A stretch of DNA of 64,000 nucleotides, from contig JBBTSX010000005.1 in the NCBI GenBank assembly GCA_038064535.1, forward strand, positions 13,051 to 77,050, read 5' to 3'. The position numbers and the translations under genes are program-made. Source of the DNA: Patescibacteria group bacterium (GTDB taxonomy: Bacteria > Patescibacteriota > Minisyncoccia > Phycocordibacterales > UBA2100). Below the pieces are notes generated by a model. It did no database searches and was not told where the DNA came from. It saw only the letters and a list, made by a program, of their open reading frames with translations. This document shows, in pieces, positions 49,023 to 56,365 of the stretch; position 1 is the stretch's first letter, and every line of letters begins with the position of its first letter.

Positions 49023-49991
49023 TCAGTAGCTTATTGCGGCAACCGTGCGCCCTTGTGCATCGAGGAGGCGGATGATGTCGTGCTGATTATCCCAAAGCTC
49101 GGAAGCGGACGAGAGGTAGATGCGCCACGTGTCGAGCTCAAACGACGACCGCGAGCGCTCGATGTCGACGCAGTTGCTGTAGGTAAATGTGTTCACGAGG
49201 TATGCGCGGCAACCCGGCGTGAGCGAGGAGGGAAGATTGGTCGGGAAACTGCATTGTGGCAGTGAGCGGGCAAAATCCATACAGTCGCTTCCGTACTGGT
49301 GCAAGTTCTCCGCTGTAAGCGGGGCCAGTTCGGAAGATGCGGGGCACGCATTTGCAAGCGAAGGCTCGAACGACTGCACCTGTTCCAAAAATCCCGTACA
49401 GCGGTTCTCGCGGAATGAAACGCCGACGGGCGAGGGACCTGTCACGACGAGCGCGGAGTGTCCCGGAGAGAGCACGACGGGCGAGAGCTGATTCACGACA
49501 CCGATAATAAACGGTGCAGCCGCTCCGGGGATGGGGACGCGTACGCCGCTTACCATGCTCTGTAGCGACCATCCCGTGAGCGGGACGGCCGATATGCCTT
49601 CGCGCGCATCGAGCCCAATGTATTCGTGGGCGGTGCCGCTCTCCGTCGCGTTTGCCTGCGAGAGTGTGACCATGCCGCGATAGGGCGAGGGTACCCCGTA
49701 CGACGTTTGCGCCGTAGCACCGGTAGTCCCGCTTTGTTCGTCCGGCGTTTGGTCGAGCTGGGCATCGCCTGCGTCGGTGAGGCCCGAGATGTCAGGTCCC
49801 TGCGGGATGGCTTGTTGCCACGGCAGATTTATCTGATACGTCGACGTCGCATTGCCCCAGATGATGTCAAGGGGATTCGGAATGGTGCGTACGAAGTTCC
49901 TGACGCTGGTAAATCCGCCGGCCCATAGCCACAGGAGGATGAGCAGAATAACGGCCGAGATGAGTACCCACTTGATGACGGTCCGTATCAT
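49023..49991 (-). CDS. Membrane-anchored hypothetical protein (lamin-tail-like, Cys-rich)
   Basis: N-terminal TM; EYIGL..VPLTGWSL..SPVGVSFRENRCTG..LWDNQHDIIRLLDAQG. Confidence 0.75.
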   Translation of the reverse strand: MIRTVIKWVLISAVILLILLWLWAGGFTSVRNFVRTIPNPLDIIWGNATSTYQINLPWQQAIPQGPDISGLTDAGDAQLDQTPDEQSGTTGATAQTSYGVPSPYRGMVTLSQANATESGTAHEYIGLDAREGISAVPLTGWSLQSMVSGVRVPIPGAAAPFIIGVVNQLSPVVLSPGHSALVVTGPSPVGVSFRENRCTGFLEQVQSFEPSLANACPASSELAPLTAENLHQYGSDCMDFARSLPQCSFPTNLPSSLTPGCRAYLVNTFTYSNCVDIERSRSSFELDTWRIYLSSASELWDNQHDIIRLLDAQGRTVAAISY

Positions 49992-49998
49992 ATCCGCA

Positions 49999-51285
49999 TT
50001 ATACCCGCCGGGCGGCGCCCCCCGCGACGAGCCTCTTGAGCTCCTCCTGCGTGACCCTGATGTCGCTCCACGGGATTTTCGCACCGTCCGGCGCGCTGAC
50101 TTCCGTGTCTATTCCCATACCGGTGATGAGCACCGCAACATCTTTGCGGACTGTGTGACTCTGCGCGAGTTCGAGTGCGCGGCGTATTGCGGCGCGTCTG
50201 TCCAAAATAATTTCCGGTTTCGTGCTCATGTCGCGGGCGATGTCGTCGGCGATTTTTTTCGGATTCTCATCATATGCGATGTCGTTCGTCACGATGACTG
50301 TTTCGCAATAGGTCCCGGCAAGCTTCCCGAGCACCGGACGTTTCCACTTGTCGCGTCCCCCGCCGGTGCATCCGAATACGCAGATTTTTTTCGCCGAACC
50401 GAACGTCTTGTACAAAGCCTCGAGTGCTTCCGGCGTGAGCGCGTAGTCCACGATGACCGAAAACTCCTGCCCTGCGTCAATGCGGTCCATACGGCCGGGG
50501 ATTTTTGTTACTCGCGCGATGCCTTTTTGTATCGCGTCCACTCCGATACCGAGTGCGTGAGCCAATTCCGCTGCTGCGAGCGCGTTTTTGATATAAAACT
50601 GACCGCCGAGCTTGACGGACATTTCGGTGCCCTCGAAGGTGAAGGTGCCGCCGCGTTCATCGGCTTTCCACGGCGTCTGTTTGCCCAGAGAAAATGCGCG
50701 CCGTTTTTCCGCGCGGAGTGCGAGATAGCGGGCACCCTGCGAGTCGTCACCGTTTGCGACGATAATACGCGGCCGTTTACCCGACCTCTCCAGTGCACGG
50801 CCGATTTCGAACTTCGCGTCCGCGTAGGCCGCAAATGACCCGTGCGATTCTATATGCTCCGGCGAGAGATTGGTGAACACGAGCGCGTCCAGCTCAATTC
50901 CGCGGTGCCGGTACTGCTTGACTCCCTCCGAGGTCATTTCGACTATTGCTACGGTACAGCCGCTTTGGAGTGCGCGGCGGAAGAATCGTTGGATAAAAAA
51001 CCTGCCGGGCATGGAGCGGCCGGTCGACGGCAGAGAATGAGCGTCGATTTTGACCCGGATGGAATTCGACATGGCCGTCTTGTATCCGGCTGTCTCGAAT
51101 ATCGCGTTGATATATTCGGCGGTCGAGGACTTACCATCCGTTCCGGTGATACCGATGACGGTGAGTTTGCGCGACGGGAATCCGTACACAAGCGCACCGA
51201 GCATCGCGAGGCAGAAGTGATATGCCGAGAGCAGTGGTCGCGGCACAAATCGTCTTACAAATTTCTTGATGCCGGACATGTTCAT
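49999..51285 (-). CDS. murE: Mur ligase, MurE-like
   Basis: GITGTDGKSS, EMTS, FTNLSPEH, PGRM, IVDYA, GGGRDKWKRP. Confidence 0.88.
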   Translation of the reverse strand: MNMSGIKKFVRRFVPRPLLSAYHFCLAMLGALVYGFPSRKLTVIGITGTDGKSSTAEYINAIFETAGYKTAMSNSIRVKIDAHSLPSTGRSMPGRFFIQRFFRRALQSGCTVAIVEMTSEGVKQYRHRGIELDALVFTNLSPEHIESHGSFAAYADAKFEIGRALERSGKRPRIIVANGDDSQGARYLALRAEKRRAFSLGKQTPWKADERGGTFTFEGTEMSVKLGGQFYIKNALAAAELAHALGIGVDAIQKGIARVTKIPGRMDRIDAGQEFSVIVDYALTPEALEALYKTFGSAKKICVFGCTGGGRDKWKRPVLGKLAGTYCETVIVTNDIAYDENPKKIADDIARDMSTKPEIILDRRAAIRRALELAQSHTVRKDVAVLITGMGIDTEVSAPDGAKIPWSDIRVTQEELKRLVAGGAARRV

Positions 51286-51851
51286 TTCCCGAGAAGCTTG
51301 AGCGCGGCACGCAAACGGTCGCTTCCGTTTTCTATATCGTTCGGTACTTTTCGCAGTGCATCGCGTGCCTCTGCGGCGGAGTAACCGAGGCTTCGCATCG
51401 CCTCGAGCGCCTCTTGGTCGCCCTTGAGCGCGGCGGGAGAATCTCCCATTTCCGCTACCACCTTGTCCTTGAGCTCGAGCACGATTTTCTCGGCCGTCTT
51501 TTTGCCGATGCCCGACACGGTAGTGAGGTAGCCGGCATTGCCTGCGGATATTGCACTACGCAGTGTCTCCACCGACGCGATGTCGAGAACGGCGAGCGCG
51601 GATTTAGGGCCGATGCCTGAGACGGTGAGCAGGAGTTCGAAAAAACGCAGTTCTTCTTCGTGCAGGAATCCGTAGAGGTCGAGCGCGTCTTCGCGCACCG
51701 CAAGATAGGTCCACAAAGAAATGTTTGAATCTGTCTTAGTGCGGGCGAGACACTCCTTGAGCACGGCAACTTTGTAGCCGACACCACCCACTGATACGAT
51801 TAAAAAACTTTGTCGCACGGCTATAATCTCACCAGTCAAATGTCCTATCAT
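51282..51851 (-). CDS. ruvA: Holliday junction DNA-binding protein RuvA
   Basis: VGGVGY, VREDALDLYGF, VSGIGPKSAL, GIGKKTAEKI. Confidence 0.97.
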   Translation of the reverse strand: MIGHLTGEIIAVRQSFLIVSVGGVGYKVAVLKECLARTKTDSNISLWTYLAVREDALDLYGFLHEEELRFFELLLTVSGIGPKSALAVLDIASVETLRSAISAGNAGYLTTVSGIGKKTAEKIVLELKDKVVAEMGDSPAALKGDQEALEAMRSLGYSAAEARDALRKVPNDIENGSDRLRAALKLLGK

Positions 51852-51876
51852 CGCTCTATAGTAGCAGTCAGAAGTA

Positions 51877-51988
51877 CCAAGCTCCAAAACCCAAATCACA
51901 AACAATTTTCAAGCTCCAATTTTCAAATGCCTTACACTTTTATATCGTTTGATATTGTTTGGAATCTGGTACTTGATTATTGAGATTT
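51877..51988. repeat. Two opposed arrays of degenerate 7-bp repeats (CCAAnnn and TTTGGAA-like)
   Basis: CCAAGCT-CCAAAAC-CCAAATC-ACAAACA.. and TTTGGAA-TCTGGTA-CTTGATT-ATTGAGA. Confidence 0.65.
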
Positions 51989-52009
51989 CCGCATGTACTA
52001 TGCGGCCTC

Positions 52010-52276
52010 ATGGCAAATACATCTTCAGCCAAAAAGGCCCACCGCGGCAGCGTACGCAAGTACGTGTTTAATGCACGCCGCAAAAAGGCGATGAAAGACG
52101 CCGTCAAAGAACTCGGTAAACTCATTACCAAAAAGAGCGCGAAAGATGCCACGGCCGCTCTTCCGGAGCTCTACCAGACGATAGACAAGGCCGCCAAGAA
52201 CGGCACCATCAAGAAAAATACCGCGGCCCGCATGAAGTCGCGCCTCACCAAGCGCGCCGCCGCCCTCTCGAAATAG
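52010..52276 (+). CDS. rpsT: 30S ribosomal protein S20
   Basis: MANTSSAKKA..IDKAAKNGTIKKNTAARMKSRL. Confidence 0.97.
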   Translation: MANTSSAKKAHRGSVRKYVFNARRKKAMKDAVKELGKLITKKSAKDATAALPELYQTIDKAAKNGTIKKNTAARMKSRLTKRAAALSK

Positions 52277-52332
52277 TTTCCTGACTGTCAATCGCGGCGG
52301 ACAAACCCCGCGTATGCTAGAATGTCCTTTCT

Positions 52333-53091
52333 ATGCTGAAAGAACTGCAGGACATGGGACTTTCGGAAAAAGAGGCGCGTGTCTACCTCGCCGCTTTGGA
52401 ATTGGGCCAGACGACGGCCGAGAAACTCGCGAAACACGCCAAGGTCAACCGCTCAACGACCTACGTGCAGCTCGAATCGCTCATGAAAATGGGCCTCATG
52501 AGTACGCATGAAGAGGGCAAGAAAACGATGTTCGCTCCCGAATCACCCGAGCTCCTCAAGCGTCTTCTCCTCAAGCAGAGGGACGAGGTCAGCATGAAAG
52601 AGAGCCATCTTGTGGAGCTCTTGCCCGCGCTTTTACAGCAATACGAAGGTGCAGGGGAGCGCCCAGTGGTACGGTTCTTCCCTGGTAAAGAGGGGATTGC
52701 AACGGTGCGTGAGGAGGTTTTGAGTACGAAAGATAAACAACTGTACGTGATAATGTCCTCCGATAATATGTCAAAACTATTCACTGAAAAAGAGCTTGAT
52801 GGGTATACCGCAAGACGAACGGCTCTCAATATAAGTTCGAAGGCCATTTATACGCACCGCGGCTATTTCGACCAGGCCGGAGCCGACGCACTTACCGAGC
52901 ACCGCTTCCTGCCCAATCTCCCGCTCACTATCGATATCCGCATATTCGACGACAAAACTGCGCTTTTCTCGCTGCAGGGTGCACTTTTTGCGATGGTTAT
53001 CGAGAGCAAGCAAATCGCTTCAAGTATGAAAATGATATTCAATCTCCTGTGGAATCAGGGTGAGCGTTCGAAGAAAGACGCGAAAAGATAA
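52333..53091 (+). CDS. TrmB family transcriptional regulator
   Basis: GLSEKEARVYLAALELG..RSTTYVQLESL..PVVRFFPGKEG..IFNLLW. Confidence 0.88.
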   Translation: MLKELQDMGLSEKEARVYLAALELGQTTAEKLAKHAKVNRSTTYVQLESLMKMGLMSTHEEGKKTMFAPESPELLKRLLLKQRDEVSMKESHLVELLPALLQQYEGAGERPVVRFFPGKEGIATVREEVLSTKDKQLYVIMSSDNMSKLFTEKELDGYTARRTALNISSKAIYTHRGYFDQAGADALTEHRFLPNLPLTIDIRIFDDKTALFSLQGALFAMVIESKQIASSMKMIFNLLWNQGERSKKDAKR

Positions 53092-53203
53092 AAAGAATGT
53101 CGGGGACGTGTTACGGCCCCCGACGACGCTTCTCAACTTGCTAGCACCACGTGGCTAGCGGTGGCTCCGCAGAGGAGCCAAAAAGTGACAACGACTTCTG
53201 CAG

Positions 53204-53422
53204 CTAGTCGCCGCCGAACAGCCACGGTTGCTTCGTTTCCTGTGCCATGATGTCCCCGCCGATGATCGCCGGGACGCACAGGGTGGGAAGCAGCGTGGCG
53301 GTCTGATATTTCATCAGGTCCTCCATTGCCGACTTACGAGCCTGAGAATTTGCGGCAGGCCCTGTATAACCGCATCGAGGACAAGAAAGAACACCTCGAT
53401 ACCAAGAGACTATCATAGTCAA
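53204..53422 (-). CDS. Possible small hypothetical protein (CPRCG)
   Basis: 72-aa ORF divergent from the tRNA leader; only weakly supported. Confidence 0.35.
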   Translation of the reverse strand: MTMIVSWYRGVLSCPRCGYTGPAANSQARKSAMEDLMKYQTATLLPTLCVPAIIGGDIMAQETKQPWLFGGD

Positions 53423-53445
53423 AGTAAATTGACAACTTATGTGTC

Positions 53446-53578
53446 TGTGGATAACGGTATTTGTTATACGATACTGATGTTTCTATATGTCAAATAGGGC
53501 TCTATTTAGAGCCAAAATGGACTTATCCACACAACAACTGTCAACGCGCGTTGACAGAAATACAACTGGGTATAAAGT
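53446..53578. promoter_or_regulatory. Promoter region with two DnaA boxes and a 20-bp palindrome containing TTGACA
   Basis: TGTGGATAA at 53446; TTATCCACA at 53523; CTGTCAACGCGCGTTGACAG at 53538-53557; TAAAGT at 53573. Confidence 0.7.
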
Positions 53579-53582
53579 GCAG

Positions 53583-53618
53583 ATGTCTATGAATAATAAC
53601 AACAAAGCACCGCCGTAG
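53583..53618 (+). CDS. Candidate leader peptide 1, MSMNNNNKAPP
   Basis: Ends GCA CCG CCG TAG. Confidence 0.5.
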   Translation: MSMNNNNKAPP

Positions 53619-53684
53619 GTTCTAGGTTGTCAGTGTTCAGGGACAGGTCGAAATTACAAGGTTTGTATAGAGAAAAGACGGATT

Positions 53685-53786
53685 ATGACAAAAGATAACG
53701 GGCCGCCGAGCGATGGGAAGGAAGAGGAGGGGAAGGAAGAGGAAAAAGAAAGTGAGAAAGAAGAGTTGGGAGGCAGGGGGGATTAA
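53685..53786 (+). CDS. Candidate leader peptide 2, MTKDNGPPSDGKEEE..
   Basis: GGG CCG CCG at codons 6-8. Confidence 0.5.
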   Translation: MTKDNGPPSDGKEEEGKEEEKESEKEELGGRGD

Positions 53787-53804
53787 TCAACTAACAGCAT
53801 CAGT

Positions 53805-53849
53805 ATGGAACAAAGTAAGAATCATGGGCCGCCGGAAGGAGAAGCGTGA
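53805..53849 (+). CDS. Candidate leader peptide 3, MEQSKNHGPPEGEA
   Basis: CAT GGG CCG CCG at codons 7-10. Confidence 0.5.
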   Translation: MEQSKNHGPPEGEA

Positions 53850-53925
53850 GGATGAATTATCAACATAACAAGAATCGATATGAAAGGAGGAAGAGGTAAG
53901 CCATCTGGTGACGGAAACGACTAAT

Positions 53926-53991
53926 ATGGACACCAGTGGGATACATGGGCCGCCGGACGCCCACGAAGAAAATCGTCCGACACCGAGGTAG
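53926..53991 (+). CDS. Candidate leader peptide 4, MDTSGIHGPPDAHEENRPTPR
   Basis: All four Pro codons are CCG; the stop codon lies inside the tRNA 5' end. Confidence 0.5.
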   Translation: MDTSGIHGPPDAHEENRPTPR

Positions 53992-54056
53992 CTCAACGGG
54001 CAGAGCATCAAGTTCGGAACTTGACCGCGGAGGTTCGATTCCTCCCCTCGGAACCA
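53982..54056 (+). tRNA. tRNA-Pro(CGG), atypical
   Basis: Cloverleaf with TCAAG-TTCGGAA-CTTGA anticodon arm and GGAGG-TTCGATT-CCTCC T-arm; CCA encoded; A1:A72 mismatch. Confidence 0.85.
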
Positions 54057-54095
54057 AAAACAGAAAACACCTCTTGGGAGGTGTTTTCTGTTTTT
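54057..54095 (+). terminator. Hairpin/terminator after tRNA-Pro
   Basis: AAAACAGAAAACACCTC-ttgg-GAGGTGTTTTCTGTTTT. Confidence 0.7.
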
Positions 54096-54143
54096 CCGCG
54101 AGGGAGCGAGACATCTGCATGTCTCGCGTGGGGATTCGAACGC

Positions 54144-54283
54144 CGGAGCGATGTGCGGCGAGCTCGCCGCACCGCGCGTCGGTGCCCAGACAAAGCTGCG
54201 CGTCGGCGCGGTTTTAGTCGAGGGAGAATCCTCGCCTGGCTATGCGAAGCACAGTATCCGTGACCGGATCCTCCCCTCGGAAC
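54144..54283 (+). repeat. Structured repeat followed by a duplicate of the tRNA-Pro 3' end
   Basis: CGGAGCGATG-hairpin-CCGCG..ATCCGTGACC, then TCCTCCCCTCGGAAC at 54269-54283. Confidence 0.75.
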
Positions 54284-54292
54284 AAAATGTGT

Positions 54293-54883
54293 TCAAGAAA
54301 CTTTTTTAACTATCAAGAGACCAAGCTCCTTTCCGAATTTCGACGACATTGCGCGGTCAAGCATGGCGAGGTCGACAGTAAGACGCTGTTTTCTTGTAGG
54401 TTTTGGGTCTACGAGGACAGCCGTCCGGGATTGCAGGTCGACGGACTCAACAAGAGCGTCATGTATGCGTGCCACAGACTCCTTCCCTGCATGGATTTCG
54501 TGCGAATGATACTCGACCCAGACGTCCTCGTTATATTTGATATGTTCCGCGATGAGATTCGAGAGACCTCGTATCTCGGAGTGCATATGCGCCTCAAGCG
54601 TGAGGCCGATGTTTTTACTTTTGAGCAACGCGTTGATTGTGTCACAAGAATTGACCGTGGAAATTCCCTCGTCGAAGTTGAAACGCGTCATGATAGGCAT
54701 GTCGACGCGGAATGCGTTTACGTCATCAAGACCAATCTTGGCGCCGAGTTGTATTGCCAAGTCCTCTTGGTCGTACAGGCCGAATCCGCCGCGATAGAGA
54801 ACCATCTGCAAACATGCAGCCGCACAACATTTCGGTTTTTGTACCAGCGGAATATACCTGGGATTCAAAGTAATCGCGCTCAT
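54293..54883 (-). CDS. Peptidase C39-like protein
   Basis: QKPKCCAAACLQMVL (Q..C), HDALV, LVDP, a Cys-His-Asp arrangement. Confidence 0.7.
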   Translation of the reverse strand: MSAITLNPRYIPLVQKPKCCAAACLQMVLYRGGFGLYDQEDLAIQLGAKIGLDDVNAFRVDMPIMTRFNFDEGISTVNSCDTINALLKSKNIGLTLEAHMHSEIRGLSNLIAEHIKYNEDVWVEYHSHEIHAGKESVARIHDALVESVDLQSRTAVLVDPKPTRKQRLTVDLAMLDRAMSSKFGKELGLLIVKKVS

Positions 54884-55094
54884 GAAATCGGTGCGCGAAT
54901 CGTAGCATCCTTCAGAAGTGCAGCAATTCATTCCGTCAAAATCTCCTGACGTTTTGAGCAGCTAAAATGCGGCGCTCGTAAAGAGAGAGAATGTATAGTA
55001 TTCTCTCCTTGTTTCTCGTTCGCTCCCGTAAGCATAGCTTTCGGAAGCGTCAGTCGGGAGAAATGAAAGCAAGCTTTCGTTTCGTCCCTCGTTC

Positions 55095-55166
55095 GCTCCC
55101 GTCGTTCAATGGATAGGACGCATCCTTGCGGAGGATGCAATGTAGGTTCGATTCCTACCGGGAGCA
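55095..55166 (+). tRNA. tRNA-Arg(GCG)
   Basis: GCTCCCG..CGGGAGC-A; CATCC-TTGCGGA-GGATG anticodon arm. Confidence 0.93.
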
Positions 55167-55261
55167 ATGAAAAGAAAAGGACTTTGCTTTTCATCCGATT
55201 CTGCGAAGCAGAAAACGCCGATGTCGAGCGTAGCGAGACTGGCGTTAGGGTGACGCACAAG

Positions 55262-55484
55262 ACCTGCCCTGCGGCAGGTTTTCTGCTTTTGTGCTGGGCG
55301 GAGCGATGCCGAGCCAACGGGCGAGGCCGCGAGCCGGGGCCTGCGACCGAGCTTTGCGACGGCAAAGCGAGAGTCGTGGGCCACTGTGTGCTGGGCGGAG
55401 CGTTGTGAGGCAAGCGTGCCGAACCGTGATCCGAGGTCGGGGAATTTTGATTGCGACGGCAATCAAAATATCCGTGACCACAAA
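55262..55484 (+). repeat. Two tandem copies of the structured repeat downstream of tRNA-Arg
   Basis: TGTGCTGGGCGGAGCG at about 55290 and 55388; GCGACGGC-capped hairpins; ends GTGACCACAAA. Confidence 0.8.
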
Positions 55485-55506
55485 CAGCTACAGAGAAGAA
55501 TACTTA

Positions 55507-55540
55507 ATAACAAACTTGTCCGACCGGACGAGTTTGTTAT
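55507..55540. repeat. 34-bp palindrome, upstream copy
   Basis: ATAACAAACTTGTCCG-ac-CGGACGAGTTTGTTAT. Confidence 0.9.
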
Positions 55541-55554
55541 GTTACGATGGGCCC

Positions 55555-56145
55555 ATGGGCATTGAGAAGCGGGTGGCCGTGCGCGCTCGCAGGGGCGAGA
55601 TCAAAAATGCCGTTCTTCAAGTTGCAGCTCTCGCTGGGTTACTTTCTATTGCTTTTGTCGCCCCCAATGTGCCAAAAGTTATTCCACGAAGCCTGCTTAA
55701 TAAGGTGTTTGGTCGCTCGCGGAGTGCAAGAGACGTGACCGTGAGTCGTTTGCTGAAGGATGGATTGCTTGCGGTGGAAATGCGCGATGGTACGCGGATG
55801 TTACGCATAACCGAGAAAGGGAAGCGATATCTCGCAAAAACAAAGTTACGCGCCGCGAATGTGCCGCGGCGGTGGGACCGTCGATGGCGCGTTGTCATAT
55901 TCGACATCAAGGAGCATAGGCGGCATGTTCGTAGGAATTTAAGAAGTGAGCTTCAGGCGTATGGATTCTACCGATTGCAGGACAGCGTATGGGTGTTCCC
56001 ATATGCGTGTGAGGATTTTATCGCGCTTCTCAAGGCCGACCTACATGTCGGAAAGGATATTTTGTATCTTGTGGCCGAGGAGGTCGAAAACGAGCGTCAT
56101 TTGAGAGATTATTTTGGCATAGGAACTGGCGGCCGCTCTGCATGA
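55555..56145 (+). CDS. PaaX-like winged-helix plus Cas2-like (ferredoxin-fold) protein
   Basis: RLLKDGLL..LRITEKG winged helix; WDRRWRVVIFDIKE..RRNLRSEL..GFYRLQDSVWVFPY. Confidence 0.85.
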   Translation: MGIEKRVAVRARRGEIKNAVLQVAALAGLLSIAFVAPNVPKVIPRSLLNKVFGRSRSARDVTVSRLLKDGLLAVEMRDGTRMLRITEKGKRYLAKTKLRAANVPRRWDRRWRVVIFDIKEHRRHVRRNLRSELQAYGFYRLQDSVWVFPYACEDFIALLKADLHVGKDILYLVAEEVENERHLRDYFGIGTGGRSA

Positions 56146-56149
56146 GGAA

Positions 56150-56183
56150 ATAACAAACTTGTCCGACCGGACAAGTTTGTTAT
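56150..56183. repeat. 34-bp palindrome, downstream copy
   Basis: ATAACAAACTTGTCCG-ac-CGGACAAGTTTGTTAT; one mismatch to the upstream copy. Confidence 0.9.
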
Positions 56184-56365
56184 AAGGGTACGGGTGACGG
56201 TGAGAGATGGTTAGAGGTTGGGAATGTGTTCGGAGTTGGCGGCGCGGTGTGGCAGGGGTGGAAAGCGGGTAAGTTGGAATTGTCGAGGCTCAAAGAGTCC
56301 GTTTTTCCACATTTCGCGCAGTTATTCGCATTGCACAGATGGCCTGCGGGGCGCATCATGGCGAT

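Noticed and set aside
54293-54883. Integrated island carrying the C39-like peptidase at tRNA-Pro
   Set aside because: The duplicated tRNA 3' end (54269-54283) lies before the gene, so the gene is not between att-like sites, and there is no integrase.
55507-56183. CRISPR-Cas locus (Cas2-like gene with 34-bp repeats)
   Set aside because: Only two repeats, separated by a whole gene; no spacers and no cas1 or effector genes in the window.
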